DNA of 64,000 bases from Selaginella moellendorffii (taxonomy: Eukaryota > Plantae > Lycopodiophyta): NCBI RefSeq assembly GCF_000143415.4, contig NW_003314264.1, positions 1,931,710 through 1,995,709 on the forward strand, written 5' to 3'. The notes under the pieces are model-generated. The model searched no databases. It saw only the letters and a list, made by a program, of their open reading frames with translations, and had not been told where the DNA came from. Positions 32,894 through 47,281 of this stretch are shown one piece after another. The position numbers were made by a program, and so were the translations under genes. Each line of letters begins with the position of its first letter. Position 1 is the first letter of the stretch.

Positions 32894-35695
32894 TAATAGA
32901 ATATGAACTTGCAGGAAAAAAAACTCTAAATTAGATTATGTGAATGAGATTATATATTACTACAAATCATCTATTGAAGAAAAGGTGATTTTATGTGTTT
33001 CAACCTTTGTCTCTAATGACTTTAGTTTCATATTTAACTTGACTAAACCTCAATGAGAAAAGTTTATAAGAGAACATAGTAATAATTCCCATAGAGGTTT
33101 ACTTTTATCTAGCAGCATGGTAACAATTAATAAAGTAATATCAATTCTGCCAACTCAAAATGTAACTTTATTCACAAGCCCAAATATAAGCATATGCAAA
33201 TAATATATTTTCATTTCATGAGCCAAGCAAAAGCTTATACAATATAGTATATGCCAAAACCCATATGCATGCAAAACCATAAAAATATATCATGTATTGA
33301 TTTTACCCTATACCATATGGTGAATTGGATTGTTCCACTAGTTAGTATGGTATAAATGTAGAATAAAACAAGATGAACAATGTCTCCAAGTTAGTCACTA
33401 TACCCAATTTACCTATCATACATTTAAAGCCCAAAATAAACCCTTAGTTTTGGCTTTACCCTAATCCCAAGAGTTAAGCAAAATATAAAATGGTGCTATA
33501 TTGTGAATTTTGTTTCAAGATTGTGTTCAACACTTACATTTCATAAATAACAAATCTAGACACTTTTCATAAATAGCTAATAAGAGTGAAATGCAATTAA
33601 CATACAAGGCATGATAGCAAAGGTTTTAGCAGATATAGTACACTATCATATAGCAATAAGTGTCTAATATACAAGGGTTTTTATTAAGCTTATGCAAAAC
33701 ATAGCAAAAGAGAACTAACAAACACTAAATATATTTAACTAAATAGACATTTAAGAAAAAAAATTTATGTTCATCTAAATGCTAAACATGAATAAAACAA
33801 ATTAATAAAGGGAACTAGCAATATCGATTTATTACAAAAGGAGCAAAAGGGTGAGTATTCTTGCAACTGTCATAGAACAAAAAGAATCTTTTACTTTGTG
33901 TGTTTCAATAGTCGTTTAATGCCTAATACCTCTTCAGATAGTGCCACATCTGCACACGAAAGAGTAAACCATAGATCCCCAAACTCAAGCCCTAGTGGCC
34001 GCTACTTTTTATCTTTGACTATTTAAAAGAATTTATTGATAATTAACTTTTGATACCCACAAACACATCTGTGACAAATAATTGTAGTAAAGGATGAAAC
34101 TTTTAAGGATAACATTGAATATTTTTCAATATTAAGAAAACTAAATAAAAAATAAAGAATGATAAAAGTTATATTTTCAACAGGATGTTTAGAATAAGAT
34201 AAAAGCTTCTCTTTTAAATTAATTATAGAAACTTTAAAATGATTTTATAAGAAAAATACTGATAAACATAGACAAATAATTTTAGTTATTGCTTTACTTG
34301 GTAATTTAGCATTTAATACAAATGAAACAATGATATATTCAACAATTTCATTTTTACCATAAGTCAAAAGAGAGAGAGTAATTTTAGCAAATGAAATTTT
34401 TCATAATATATACAAAAAAAATTAATATCTAATAATATTTGATACAATATATAATTAAAAGATGTGGGGTTTTATTTGAGATGATAACATAAGAGGAAAA
34501 ATTAATACCTATTTGAAATAGTCTAGAAATTTTGGAACCACTTTAATAAGAACCATCTCAACTACCTAGCAAAAGGCACAATTTTTTATGCTCAAGAAGA
34601 AGAGAATTGTCAAAAAAATTAGGCTTTTTCTTTTTAATTTTTTTAATATTTTTTCTAGTTTGCTCTTTTTAATAACAAAAAATCTCTATTTTTTCTAGTT
34701 GAAAGAGAAAGCTAGAATTTGATACACCCTTCAAATTTATAGCTTGAGCACCATGACATTTGCATAATGGCTAAAAAGGTTATTAAGAGTCTTATCAAGT
34801 AATTTGTAATTTGTACTCTGAACAATCCACTTTCACACCCAACTTACTAGTTATTCATTCTAGTGTCATTAACATAATGAGCCATTGAGCAAGAACAATA
34901 CCATGATAATTAAATTTTAGTTTGGTGAGTCTACTTATGAGCCTGGATGAAGTTTTGACACCTTTATAACACCAAACTCTATGATACACACTAAAAATAA
35001 CGAGGAAAACCTTTTACCACAGTATTTTACTTAAAATCTTATGGCATTCAGTTGGCTATTGCTCTTAACAATCTCAAAAATCAAGTTTTATTTATACAGG
35101 TTAGTAAAATAAATCACAACCATTAAAAATTGAAACCTTGGACATTGAAAAAAAAAGAGAATATACCAACTAAAATGGATTTAAAATTCAAGTTGCAAGT
35201 ATCACTTGCAAATAAATTTCCATAGTTATGAGCTTGCTCACTCCCCAAGAATCCTCACTTCCTTAAATCAAACTTAAATTCCCAATTATTAATCCCATGA
35301 TAATCACAGTCATCCTTTTTACCCAAACCTTATTGAAACAAGCTGCCCAGAATGAAGAAAACTCTTTAGAACAAACATAGTCTAATTAAAAATCTTATTG
35401 TTGATTCTGTGTTGCTTACTCTTTAACAATGCTCCTTTCAAGTTGCCATAAGAATGCTACTCCATCTTTGAAACATGGGGCAAACAGCTAGATTAGATTA
35501 TCAAACCTAGTTACTTTTCTTAAGAGTTATTCGCATGTATCTTTGTCTTGAGTAAAAGCCAAAGACAAAGATCATAGAACTCATAGAACTCATTCCCTTG
35601 ATCGTCATGGAACTCATTTTGATTTTTGTGCGAACTCTAAGTTTCATATGCCAAGCATACTTCCATTCCTTAAAGGGAATTTGACAGTTCACAGA

Positions 35696-37127
35696 TCAAC
35701 TTATTTCAAGAGTTTGTGCACTAATCTCAACGGAGTGGAAGTCCCCTGCCACTGGGTCTTGGTGCCAGTTGTTTGTGTCATCTGTTTAAAAAAACAAAAC
35801 CGTTTAAAACTGGTCGCAAATTGAAGTGTCACCTTCAATCTTCTGTAGAGACCGATACTGAAGTCGTACGCTTTCATTGTTATCGAGAGTTTTCACCAGA
35901 TACCTGCAAGGCACAGACACCTCTATTCAGATGCCTAAGCAAAAGAGACACTAACCATCCATTTAAGCACTGTGTCGTAATAATCGCTTGCTTGCCAACA
36001 AACCTCTCTGGGGTTCTCTTATTTCCCTGAAAAACACGGAGTAATATACTACGGAAAACAAAACAAGTACCAAACCTTGATCAAGACTTTGTCACTAACA
36101 ACATAAGGAAACTGGACGCCCTTCGGACGTCCGGCATCCACGGATTGATCGCCATCCTGTAGAAGAAGCGTCAAATGCCAGCTACAAACTCCATAAAAAA
36201 GCCTTACAGGATCTTTACCGGATCTCTTCTCCGCTTCGCTGCTGTTCCTTTGGGCACGACCCCAGACTTCGGAAAACCTCTGTCATGCCTGAAAGCCAGC
36301 ACAGCCGCTCGCAATGCTGCACACAAAAATACCTTGAAAGAAAATCACGAGAGAGTTGTTTTGCATCTTATACCCAAGTTTATGGATCCATCTGCAATAC
36401 GAGTAGGCACTTGGCAAATCTGGCACAAGCTCTGCGGAGGAAAAGAACTGACTCAAGCCTGAAAATAGATAAGCTTACTCACAGTTTCTTGTATCTTTTG
36501 AATACCCCCGGATCCAAACGTGTGACCGCAGGGAAATATAACGGCATCGTCCATTAGCTCGCCCCTGGAGGATCACTAGAAGGTAAGACACCAAGAAAGA
36601 AAAATCAAACACCATAAAACTTACGAGAATGGATCCGAAAGTATTTGCTTGAGCGATTGCTCGGCGGTTTGCAGGATCTCGTTCTGGTGGTGTCCTCGAA
36701 TGCAGCTCCCACCGGTGAGCAGCGACGTGTAGTAATTGTTTAGAGCGTCACCTCCATCTTTGGTGGAGGCACCATTGTTGCTGATCCCAGCCGCATTGGC
36801 GGCCGGCGTGGACTGGCTAACACTAGCGCTACCGTGAGAGAAAGAATTCAAAAAGAGGAAAGAATTGGCACTGGCAGCGGCAGCCGCCCCCGGCGTGCCC
36901 GATATTTCTTTCGATCTCTCCATTTTCTGCGAGCTAATGGCGGCTAACCTTGCCTGGAGCTGGGGCATGCGCCGGTGATTGCTGCTACCGGTGGCGGCGG
37001 ATTCGTAAGCTGCGGCGGCCGCGGCAACGGCGGCGCCACGCCTGGGGTGCTGATCGACCAGCTCCTCCTCCTCCTCCTCGTAATCATCGGATCCATCAGA
37101 CGCCCCGCCGCTCTCGCCTACGCTCAT
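35696..37127 (-). CDS. U-box protein, PUB62/PUB63-like, multi-exon
   Basis: ILSDPFS|GELMDDAVIFPCGHTFGSGG, LRAAVLAFR, KGVQFPY.VSDKVLIK|GNKRTPERFVGK.A.ITTQCLNGW|YLVKTLDNNESVRLQYRSL. Confidence 0.92.
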
Positions 37128-39088
37128 GCTTCCCCCTTGCGCTCGTAAACCCTAAGTTTACATCTCTCCACACGCATGGGGCGCCTCGCCATGCCCCATC
37201 TGGATATTCCATTCCGGAAGAGCCACTTTAATACCCCTTTTCTCCCATTTTCCAGTCCTGGTTGGTCAAACATGGATCATAGTATATGCTAGGATATTCA
37301 CATTTGCTTACTTTTCACTTAAACATGTTTATAATTTTAGTTTAAACCACTTACTTTGTCCAGCCCTAAAAGTTTTCCGCAAATGCCGTTGGATTTAGGG
37401 CAGTTCGAGCATACTTTCAAACCCTAAAAATCCTGGCAAGATTTGCAGGGGCTTTGCATTTGTCCACACAAGACCAGCTGTGACCGCCCTGGAACGGCAT
37501 TTAAGACTGTCTTCTCATCATCTGCGCTTTGGTGTGCTTGGCTTGGCTTCCTCGCTTGAATGAAAACAAGAAAACCAACCCCAGAAGAGGCGACTTCAAA
37601 GAATAGGGAGTGGGAGTTCGGCCATTAAACACACATCTCTTTCCTCCATCCCTTCGCGCGGTCTCTTTCCTCAATTTGATCCATCCCTCTCTCAAAATCA
37701 GTGATTTCTACTTGCTTTTCTTTTTGTTCTTCGTGGCGGATTCCATGGAAGTGCCCACCAGATGGACGGCCCAGATGTCCAGAATCCAGCGGCTCATTGA
37801 CTTTGTTTTGTTTCTTGTTCGATAGTGTTTGACGGATAGTATCGCGTGAGACCGTCGGAGGAGACACACGAGAGAGATTCATGACCTTCAGATAAGCATC
37901 AATCGAATTATATATATCTCTCTCTCTCGCTTTACTTTTTTCTTTCTGGAAAGAACAATGTTGTCAACGCGTTTAGCTTTTTTCTTTGGAGGCTTGCGTG
38001 AGCAAAGTCTTGCCTTGCGGAATGGGGCGATTTGATTGATTGTGATTTTGGAGTGGTGATCCACTAGAAAGATCCTAAGAGCAACACACACACTTCTCGC
38101 TCGTCTCTTCGACTACTTAAAAGTTGACCGTGGAAGAGAAGAATCTGCGAAACCACACTAAAACGCACAGTGCCAGTGGCCTCCATCATTCTGGGAGGAT
38201 TCCCTGGAGATTAGTCATAATCCTTGTCATTGCTTTTACAGCAATTTGGATCCAAAGCATGGATCCTAAGATTATTGTGGATGCTCTCCCCCAAAGTTTA
38301 TAAGCAAGTGCTTCTATGCAACCTTCCCACTCACAAGCTATAGTGAAAAAGCGAATAATTTAAAGAGACCACCAATGAATCATGGTCTCCCTGCCGGCCA
38401 TTCCCGGCCGGGAAGGGGGCCGTAAGAATTCCGGACCAGAATGCTGGTGAGAAAACTACGTGGGGGTAAATTTCCCAGTAAAGCTCCCAAAGGAGAATAA
38501 AAATTAAGTAAAGGGAAATTTTACAGCGCTCTTCATTGTAGTGAACGAGGAAGAGAAGAGAGCGAGGGACGAGAGGCTAGGTCAAGGCGCGATAGCGAGT
38601 GCTTGCGCGAGCAAGGAGAGCGCGCGCGAGGCAGCAGGGGCAAGGAAGCGGCGGGGCTATGGCTGGCTGCTAGCGGCGCCACGAGGAACGAGTAAGCATT
38701 TCCATGGATCTAGTGCCCCGGGGGCCGCGCCCGTCGTCTTCGCGCCATCCATCCACATTCCAGGGCGGAATTCCTTGCTCCAGATCCCGCTTGGGTCCGC
38801 CGGCATTGGGCTTCGATCGCAGCGCTGCCCGCGGCAAGCAATCGGGCGTGACGATGTAGAACAGGGTTAGAACTCCGGGTTATTCGTGATCACTCTTCCT
38901 CTTCCTTTCTTTTCCTCCTCCCTTCTCGAAGATGCTACATAGTGGTGGTTCTTGGGCATCCTCTCAACATGTTGCTTCGATCTAGAAGGCCGGCCGTGTG
39001 GATCGACTGCTACCAGCTTCTTTGGCATTGGCAGGAGATTGTAAACTCTTGGAGGCGCTGCTACTACTATGCGATTCTGCTAATAAGC

Positions 39089-41737
39089 ATGGGAGCTCTT
39101 TGCTCGAAGGGGATAGGAATATCATCGAGGCGGCGCTCCTCGTCGCTGGCCAGGGATCTCAATGCCCGCCAGCGCTCGCGAGAACAGGTGGTTTCTTACG
39201 TTGCCGACTCCGGGGAGCTCCGGATGGAGAGCAGCGACCTGGAAGAGGCCGATTCCTTGGAGAAGATGAAGCTGGGTTATAAGTTGGCGCAGGAACGGAC
39301 GCTGGAGAGCACGAATTCTTTCGAGAGGATGAAGCTGTCGAGAGTGCTGTCCAGCAAAGCGAAGTCTGCCCGAACGAAGACGACGACGGTGGCCAAGAAG
39401 GGAGCTGCAAAGGTACGTTTTGTCTCGAATTGTTGCTTCTCTAAGAGAACATAAATCCAGGTGTCTGAAGTGGGACTGCTTTTGGGAAGAGCTGGAACTG
39501 CAAGCCTGGGAAAAGCCGTGGAGGCGCTTGACACTGTAGGGAGTAGCCTAACGACGATAGGCAGTGGTTTTGGAGGTGGTGTTGCTCCAAAGGGCAGCAA
39601 GATTGGAATTCTAGCGTTTGAAGTTGCCAACACCATCGTTCGAGGCTTCAGCTTGATGCACTCTTTGTCCGACGAAGACGTGAAAGTCCTCAAGGAAGAG
39701 ATACTGCCTTCGGAAGGCGTGCAAAGGCTGATCTCCAGGGACATGGACGAGTTGTGGAGGATTGCGGCAGCGGATAAAAGGTACAAAAGAACCTCTATAG
39801 TCTCTTGTTTTGCTAAAGTTTTGAGAAGCTTTCGTTGTTTGCAGGAACGATTTGAAGGTGTTTACGAGAGAGGTGGTACGTTTCGGTAACCACTGCCGTG
39901 ATCCTAGATGGCATCAGCTTTGCCGAATTTTTGACAAGTATGTATGTGAGTGCACAGAACGTTCCAAGTTTACTTTTTTTTTTCTCCTCTTTCTTAAGGC
40001 TGGGATCAGAAGTAACTATACCCCGCCAATCGAAAGAGATTGCAGAAGCTGAGATGGAACATCTCATGATTATGGCACAACAAACAGCCGTGAGTGGTCT
40101 CCGCCTTTTCCTTTGTTTTCAGTTCCTTACACGAAAGCTTCTCTCAGGAACTTTATCACGAGTTGCATGCTCTAGACAGGTTTCATAATGATCTCAAGCG
40201 CAAACTGCAGCAAGAGGAAGAGATGTACAGCAATTCTCAAAGAGGTACCACGCCATTCTTTTGTGTTAAAAAGAAGCTCCATTCAAGCCCGTGTGTTTCT
40301 TATCAGGAGAGAGCATTGCCATGCTCAAAGGCGATTTAAAAGCCCAGCAGAAACACGTAAAAAGTCTAAAGAAGAGATCTTTGTGGTCAAAGATTCTCGA
40401 GGAGGTACGTAAGCTCTTGTGTCAAGTCTAAAGTGCTTACAAAATCGTCCAGGTAATGGAGAAGCTCGTGGACGTTGTTTATTTTCTACACCAACGGATT
40501 CATGACGTGTTTGGACCGGCTGGTTAGTTTTTCGCACTTTCTTTCGAAGAAACACGACTTTGTTGCCCTTTTTTTTATTTGACAGACGAAGATGCAAAGG
40601 TTTACGTCAAGGAAGGAATATGTAGGCTTGGTCCTTCGGGCTTGGCACTACACTATGCCAACATCATCAATCAGATTGACAATCTGGTACGAGCAGATCC
40701 AAGAATTTTTATTCTTAGCCTTTTTTATTATTGTGTAGGTGTCTCGTCCGAATTCTGTTCCTCCCAACACAAGGGACACATTGTACCAGGGATTGCCACC
40801 GAGCATTAAGGCAGCATTAAGGAGTAGACTCCAAATGCCTCGGAAAAACGAAGAGGTGCCTTTTCTTTTTCTCGTACGTTTTCTTCACTCATGCTCCTCA
40901 TCTTTGCTGTGATTTACAGATGACTATTCCGCAAATAAAAGCTGAGATGGAAAAGATTTTGGACTGGCTGGCACCTGTGGCTCTGAACACCACAAGGTTA
41001 ATTCATATGGTCAAGCTCGTGTGAACGCTAACCAGCCTCCTCTTTTTTATCAATCTCTAGAGCTCATCACGGATTTGGATGGGTTGGCGAATGGGCAAAT
41101 TCTGGGTGAGTATTTCGTTGTTAGTTTCTTCTTCGTTTCTCAACTGTTCTTCATCTTCAGGTCCGTTCTAGATCGAAGACTCCCAGGACACACAGAACTG
41201 ATACGCCTCCAAACACTCCACCACGCCGAGCAATCGACGGCGGAGTTCTACATCCTGGAGCTCATTGTGTGGCTCAACGTCCTGGTGAGCTGCGCAAGGA
41301 ACAGCATCAACGGACACAGGTCGCCTTTCAAGTCGCCAAACAGGTCCCCGGCGACGAAGAAATCTGACGAGGAGGCTTCCAAAGCAGCAGAAGAAGCTAA
41401 CGCGGTAGAATCAGCATCGAGAAAGTGTGGCCTCTCGCAGGAAGACCAGGAGATGCTCAAGGACGTTGTCCAAGCCAAGCGGCGAATGCCAGGAATCAGC
41501 AAGAGCCAAGAGTTCGACGCGACGAGCAGCAAGCCCAAGCTCTCCAAGAGGCTGAGCTTGAGCAACCGGCTAAGCAAGAGCAACAGCCACTCGCCTAGCG
41601 CGGCTCCCACGGCACAGTCGAGCTCTCCCAGGCACGCCAAGCGCCACCACCAGAGCGCCGCTCCTCCGCCGCTCGACCTCGACATCGATCGGATCAACGA
41701 GATCGACACTAGCAGCAGCAAGAGGAGTGGGAGCTGA
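39089..41737 (+). CDS. PSK SIMULATOR (PSI)-like DUF3475/DUF668 protein, multi-exon
   Basis: MGALCSK; LGRAG..LGKAVEALDT.GSS, ILAFEVANTI, ELYHELHALDRF, LGPSGLALHYANII, RLQTLHHA. Confidence 0.93.
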
Positions 41738-41969
41738 AAAACTCTGGACAAAGCTCTACTGGAAAGTTTGGCGCAAGAGCAAAGTTTCCAACCGGGTTTA
41801 TATGTGATGTGTTTGCTAGAAACTAAATGAAAGAACCCTAGCTCTCGAGAAGAATGTGGCGCGTCCGCGAGGTCCAAACAACGTTTTCCAGTGACAATTC
41901 TCAAAGGTATTTGCTCGCTATCAATTCCACATTCTTGCCAGATTTTCTTTCCATGGCAGCTCGCCTCCA

Positions 41970-43164
41970 ATGGACGCATCCATCTGGGCGAATCTCTCGC
42001 TCGATTTCCAGCTCAAGCTTCTCGATCACTTGCCTCTCCGGGCTCTCTTTCGCGCCAAGATGTGGCGCCAGGCCGTGCTCTCACTCTGGGAGACAAAGTT
42101 TTACTACGTCCACGGCAACAAGATCGCCAGCCCCGGGGAGAATTGCTGGAGTCCTCTTCCGCTGGATTACCTTCCAAACTACCCGGAAGAGCTCCCCCGG
42201 GCCGATGTGTGGCCGGCAGCATCGATGGGCTTGCTCCTGGTGGAAACCAGGCAAGCGCTGATCGTCACCAATCCCCTCACTCGCCGCTGGACTCGACTTC
42301 CACGCCTGCTCTGTGACCCGGGCTCGTACACTTGTATCATCAGCTTTCAGGCGTTCCCAGACTCGAGCTTCCGGGTGGTCTGTGCCTCGTCCGAGTGCCT
42401 TCACGTCTACACCACCTTGCAGCTCCTCGTGTACCATCATCGCTGTGGTGCGGCGGTAGCAGCGCCCTGGGAGGGGCGGGAAGTGGACATTGGAGATGGC
42501 CAGGTGCTCGCATCCAATCCGGAGCTTGGGCTATGCAGCGATGGAAGCAACGTTTTCTTCGTCACCTGGACGAGGTTGGCATCCGCCACGGAGGAGTTCT
42601 CGCTCAAGTCTATCAACTTCGTCGGTCGTGGCTCAGTGGCGAGGACTGTGGCGAGATGGAAGAGCCTGCCCCCGGGATTCATGGTCCTTGACAAGTTCGT
42701 CTACCTCCCAGTTGTCTGTGGTGGACGAATCCTCCTCCCGTGCATGCAAACGAGCAGCGGTGGCGATAGAGTGATGGTAACCCCGGCTTTGCTGCTTCTG
42801 GACGAGAGACTGGAGCAGTGGCAGCCCTTTGTGGCAATGCCGCTGGATGATCTGGGGCTGGTTCCTCGGGAGCTCGTTCCAAGAATGGCGTCGGAGTGGT
42901 GTATTCGCGCGCGGGCCTGCGAGGAGGAGGTGGTCCTCAGTCTTCTCGGGCTTGAATTCCAGTGCGTCTACAGGATCTCGAGCCGGACATGGTCGCCACT
43001 GCCGCTGGAGGGGGGGAGCATCTGCATTGGCACTATACCCTTCAAGTTCTCGTTGCTTGGCACAGTGCCAGGTTTTGTGCGCTCTGTTCCATTTCTTCTC
43101 GTCAGGAACCATTTTGTTTCTCTTTGCAGGTGTCTCGCTGAGGCTAAGATTTGCTGTTCACTAG
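41970..43164 (+). CDS. F-box-like protein with a beta-propeller-type C-terminal region
   Basis: IWANLSLDFQLKLLDHLPLRALFR F-box-like motif; GLLLV..LIVTNPLTRRWTRLP. Predicted intron 43072-43129 gives ..FAVH*. Confidence 0.75.
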
Positions 43165-43857
43165 CAAACTACGATAGACTAGCATTGTAGAGACGTTCAG
43201 CTCCTTCACGTAAGTTTCATTTCCTGAAACGGAAACAGTGAGACTCTTTTGGTCGATAGATGGATGATACACGGTTTCCAAAGCTTTATCTTTTCCACCC
43301 TCCACATGGTTTATTGTCTCTATCAAGGGAATGGATGGATCTCACCAGGTGACAGCCATCGAGGTGCCAGATCTCAGCTTGGTCCACCACCCAGGGGGTT
43401 ACTTTCCGTGGCTATGGCTGCTGGAGCTCCAAGCGATGAGCTCCACAGGATCTCTAGCTTCGCCTGGTTCCATCCCACTTATATAAGTGAAAAAGGCTGT
43501 ACAGACTGCCTGGCTTGCAATTATCGTCACACAGCATTTGTAACAGAGTCCGGTTCATGAAAAGCAGATGAGCAGTCATATATGCACGAAGAGCAAGGAA
43601 TAAAAGATTGTGTTCAATCTGTGTCTGCGCCTTTTCTTGCACTCGCTCTCCTTGTCGCTGTAAACATCCTCTCATCGTAGCATGGAGACAAGTGCTTGTA
43701 GCCAGCAGCAGCTATCCTGTGAAGAAGGTAAGTGGCAGCCGAGAAGCAGTAAATCAGGATCAATGGATATGGCGATTGGTAAGCCTCAAGGTTCAAATGA
43801 GAATGTTTTGATTCTCGCTTCTATCAAGTTCTTGTCCGAAACAACCAGCCTCCTCTT

Positions 43858-44205
43858 TCTGTAGAGCTCATCACGGAATTGGTCACGCCTCCACGCCGAG
43901 CAATCGACCACGGAGTTCTACAACCTGGAGATCGTTGTGTGGCTCAACGTCCTAGCGCAAGAAACAGCATCAACGGACAGACGAAGAAATCTGATGAGAA
44001 GGCTTCCAAAGCCACAGCAGCAGCAGCAGCAACTAACGCAGTAGAATCAGCATCGACCAAGCCAAGCGGAGGACGTCAGGAATCAGCAAGAGCCAAGAGT
44101 TTGACGCGACGAAGCTCTCCCCAGCTAAGCAAGAGCAATAGCGCGGCTCCAAGGCACAGTCGAGCGCCACTTGAGCGCCGCTCCTCCACTGCTGGACCTC
44201 GACAC
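43858..44205 (+). pseudogene. Deletion-condensed copy of the 3' part of the PSI gene
   Basis: Blocks tagagctcatcacgg, ccacgccgagcaatcgac, aacagcatcaacggacag, caggaatcagcaagagccaagagtt match 41058-41690 in order. Confidence 0.92.
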
Positions 44206-44349
44206 CGAGAGAGCGATTTGTTTGCACAGGTGGAATATGCTGGCATCCAACGGCTGGGATCTCCTGATAAACCCCGCAGCGACGGCAGCGATCACAGATA
44301 TCGATCCCACATTCTTCCCGGATTTTCTTTCCATCACAGCTCTCCTCCA

Positions 44350-45478
44350 ATGGACGCATCCATCTGGGCGAATCTCCCGCGCCATCTCCAGCTCGAGCTT
44401 CTCGATAACCTGGTGTCACAGAGGGAGAGCACGGCCTGGCGCCAGGATTAAGGGTTGGAGCCCTCTTCGACTGGATTACCTTCCAAACTTCCCGGAAGAG
44501 CTCCTGGACGTGTGTGCGGCGGCGCTTGCTCCTAGTGGAGACCACGCGAGCGCAGCTCATCGTCACCAATCCCCTCACTCGCCGCTGGGCTCGACTGCCA
44601 CCGCTGGACTCGGCGGATAGATCTTGCGCTTCTATCGCCAGTTTCCAGGCGTTCCCAGACTCGAGCTTGCGGGTGGTCTATGCCTCGGGTACGTCGTTCG
44701 CCTTGAACAACTTGAAGCTCCATGCGTACGGTCATCGCTGTGGTGCGGAGGTAGCGGCGGCCTGGGAGAGCTGGGAAGTGGACATTGGAGCTGGCCAGGA
44801 GCTGGCAACGTTTCCCAAGCTCGGGTTTTGCAGCGACAAAAGCAACGTTTTTTTCATCACCAGGACGAGTTCAGGGGAGGAGGACTACTCGCTCAAGTCT
44901 GTCACCTTCCTTGATCGGGGCTCGAGGGTGAGATGGAAGAGCCTACCGCCGGGATTCTCTGTCAGTGAGAAGCCCACCTTCTTCCCAACCGAGATGCATC
45001 CCCTACCGGTTATCTGCGGTCGACGAATCCTCCTCCCGTGCCTGCAAAAGAGCATCTGTGGTGGCGATGGAGGAATGTTGACCCCGGCTTTGCTGCGCCT
45101 GGACGAGCGGCTGGAGCACTGGCAGCCCTTTGCAGCAGTGCCGCTGGATGTGATTCCCCGGGAGATCGTAAGGATGGCGTGGGAGCAGTGTATTCGTGCG
45201 GTCGCCTGCGAGGACGACGAGGTAGTCCTCGGTCTCCTCGACGTTGGTTTCCAGTGCGTCTACAGAATCTCGAGCCAGACATGGTCGCCACTGCCGCTGC
45301 CGGACTCCAAGCAGAGGTCCCTCGGCACTGTACCGTTCAAGTTGTCGTTGTTCCAGGTTTCTGTGTGCCATTCTTTCCATTTCTTCTTGGAAGTATGTTT
45401 GCCATTAAACGATAGTTCACTGTTTCCTCGGGAGCCGCTACTTCAGAGAACTAGGAGAGTAGAATTACGGGAATAGAA
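44350..45478 (+). pseudogene. F-box-like copy 2, disrupted after the F-box motif
   Basis: MDASIWANLP start ends at a stop at 44451; the propeller region continues in another frame (44514-45476). Confidence 0.85.
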
Positions 45479-45521
45479 AAGGATTCTTGGCATGGACTCG
45501 CGTCTCCACAGAGTTTGAGCA

Positions 45522-45650
45522 CCTCCTCCTTTCGTTCGCGTGGATCACTGGCTGACTCGTCCATCCCGCGCTGGAGCTCCAGATTCTCTGCTATGTCGCA
45601 GTGGCGGAATTCATGGATTAATCGACTAATGGAAGAAGATCTAAACCCCA
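45522..45650 (+). pseudogene. GPAT exon-1 fragment
   Basis: ttcgcgtggatcactggctg..cgtccatcccgcgctggagctccagattctctgct matches 56384-56440. Confidence 0.88.
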
Positions 45651-46029
45651 TGGTGTTCGACTTTTGCGAGCTCCCGTAACCTGTGCCAAATCTGTAGAGC
45701 TCATCACGGGTTTGGCGTCCTGCGAGAGGCCACATTTTCCCGACACTGGTCTACTTCCTTAGGACGTTGAGCCACACAAAGAGCTCGGAATCATCGATTA
45801 CTCGGCGTGGTGGAATGTTTGGAGACGTATCAAATTTGTGTGTCCTGGGAGTCGTTGATCTAGAACGGACCAGGTCTGGAGTAGAATTCTTCAATTACTC
45901 AACTATTCTAGAATAGTTGAGAAACGAAAAGAAGAAACTGACGACGAAATGCTCAGCGGAGAACGCAATCAGAAAGTTGATCCCTCTGCGACACCAGGTC
46001 CTTCTATGGCGGCAAAATCGCGAGCCCGT

Positions 46030-46945
46030 TGAGGGGTTTGCTCGCTCAGCTGATCGTCACCAATCCCCTTACTCGCTGCTGGACTCGACTTAATGGGCCA
46101 CAAGATCACGCGCTCCGGGTGGTCTATGCCTCCACTGACGGAGTTATCAACTTGAAGCTCCACGATCCTCGCTAGCGGCGGGCGGGAAGTGGACATTGGA
46201 GCTGGCCAGTTGCCCGGCGATGGAAGCAAGTCCTTTTCATCACCAGGACTCGCTCAACTTCCTTGCTCGTGCTCGATGGTGAGGATTCTAGAGGCTGCTG
46301 CCGAGTCAGCCCAGGTCACTTGCCACCCATTCGACACGCGCAGTTGTTTGTGGGGGACGAATCGCATGCAAACGAGCGGCGGCGATGGAGGAGTGACGAC
46401 TCCGGCTTTGCTCTTCCTGGTCGAGAGGCTGCAGCTGTGGCAGCCCTTTGTGGCACTTGGTTCCTCGGAAGATTGTTCCAAGGATTGCAATCGAGCTGGA
46501 TGTTAGTGCGTCGGCCTGCGAGGATCCTGGCTCTCCTCGAGCTTGAGTTCCAGTATCTCCAGCCGGACATGGTCGCCACTGCCGCCGCTGGAATCCGAGC
46601 CGAGCAGTGGGAGCCCAGCTGCCCTTCAAGTTCACGTTGGTCAGCGAAGTGCCAGGTTTGTGTATTTCTTTTCTTCGTGTGAGGAACCACTTCCTTTTTT
46701 GTGTTTTTCTTTGCAGGTGAGGCTGCTACAAAAGTGGGAGCCCAGCTGCCCTTCAACTTCACGTTGGTCGGCGAAGTGCCAGGTTTGTGTATTTCTTTCT
46801 TTTCTTCGTGTGAGGAACCACTTCCTTTTCTGTGTTTTTCTTTACAGGTATCTCGGTCGAGGCTGCTACAAAACTAAGATCGCTAGCAAAAACTACGATC
46901 TACTAGCAGTAGTGTGGAGAACTCCATCACGTAAGTTTTCATATC
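46030..46945 (+). pseudogene. F-box-like copy 3, heavily degraded, with a locally duplicated 3' intron segment
   Basis: ctgatcgtcaccaatcccct, gggaagtggacattgga, agccggacatggtcgccactgccgc; about 46606-46718 is repeated at about 46733-46850. Confidence 0.85.
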
Positions 46946-47281
46946 ATGCGAGAAAGAATTCCCCCCCCTCCCCCGCTATAGAAAAAGAGGAGACTCGCGC
47001 GTCCAGTCAAGTTTCCTCCAAAGCTTACCCGATCGAGCCTCAATTTGCTCTTCCCAGATTCGTCTTTGAAAAGAGTCTCTCTCTCCACTGATCTCTGTTT
47101 TCTACTCGTACAGAAAAAGAGAGAATCTCCATCAATGGATGCGTTACAGTAGATTCTGGGCTTTTGTGGGTCTCATTTCTTTAAGAATTGGCTCTGTTTC
47201 CTAAACCCAACCGTAACCCTAAAACAGCGCACAAGCAAAGGTGAACAAGTGGATTTCCTAGCCTCTCTCTAAGTGATAGTG

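Noticed and set aside
32900-35690. Long AT-rich spacer as a possible transposon
   Set aside because: No ORF, terminal repeat or internal repeat structure that I could support.
38541-38870. ORFs and possible uORFs upstream of the PSI gene
   Set aside because: GC-rich leader-like sequence; no conservation evidence is available from the window.
43422-43457. Hairpin tggagctc-N8-gagctcca followed by CTAG, resembling a Helitron 3' end
   Set aside because: CTAG is followed by C rather than T, and no matching 5' TC end or second copy was found.
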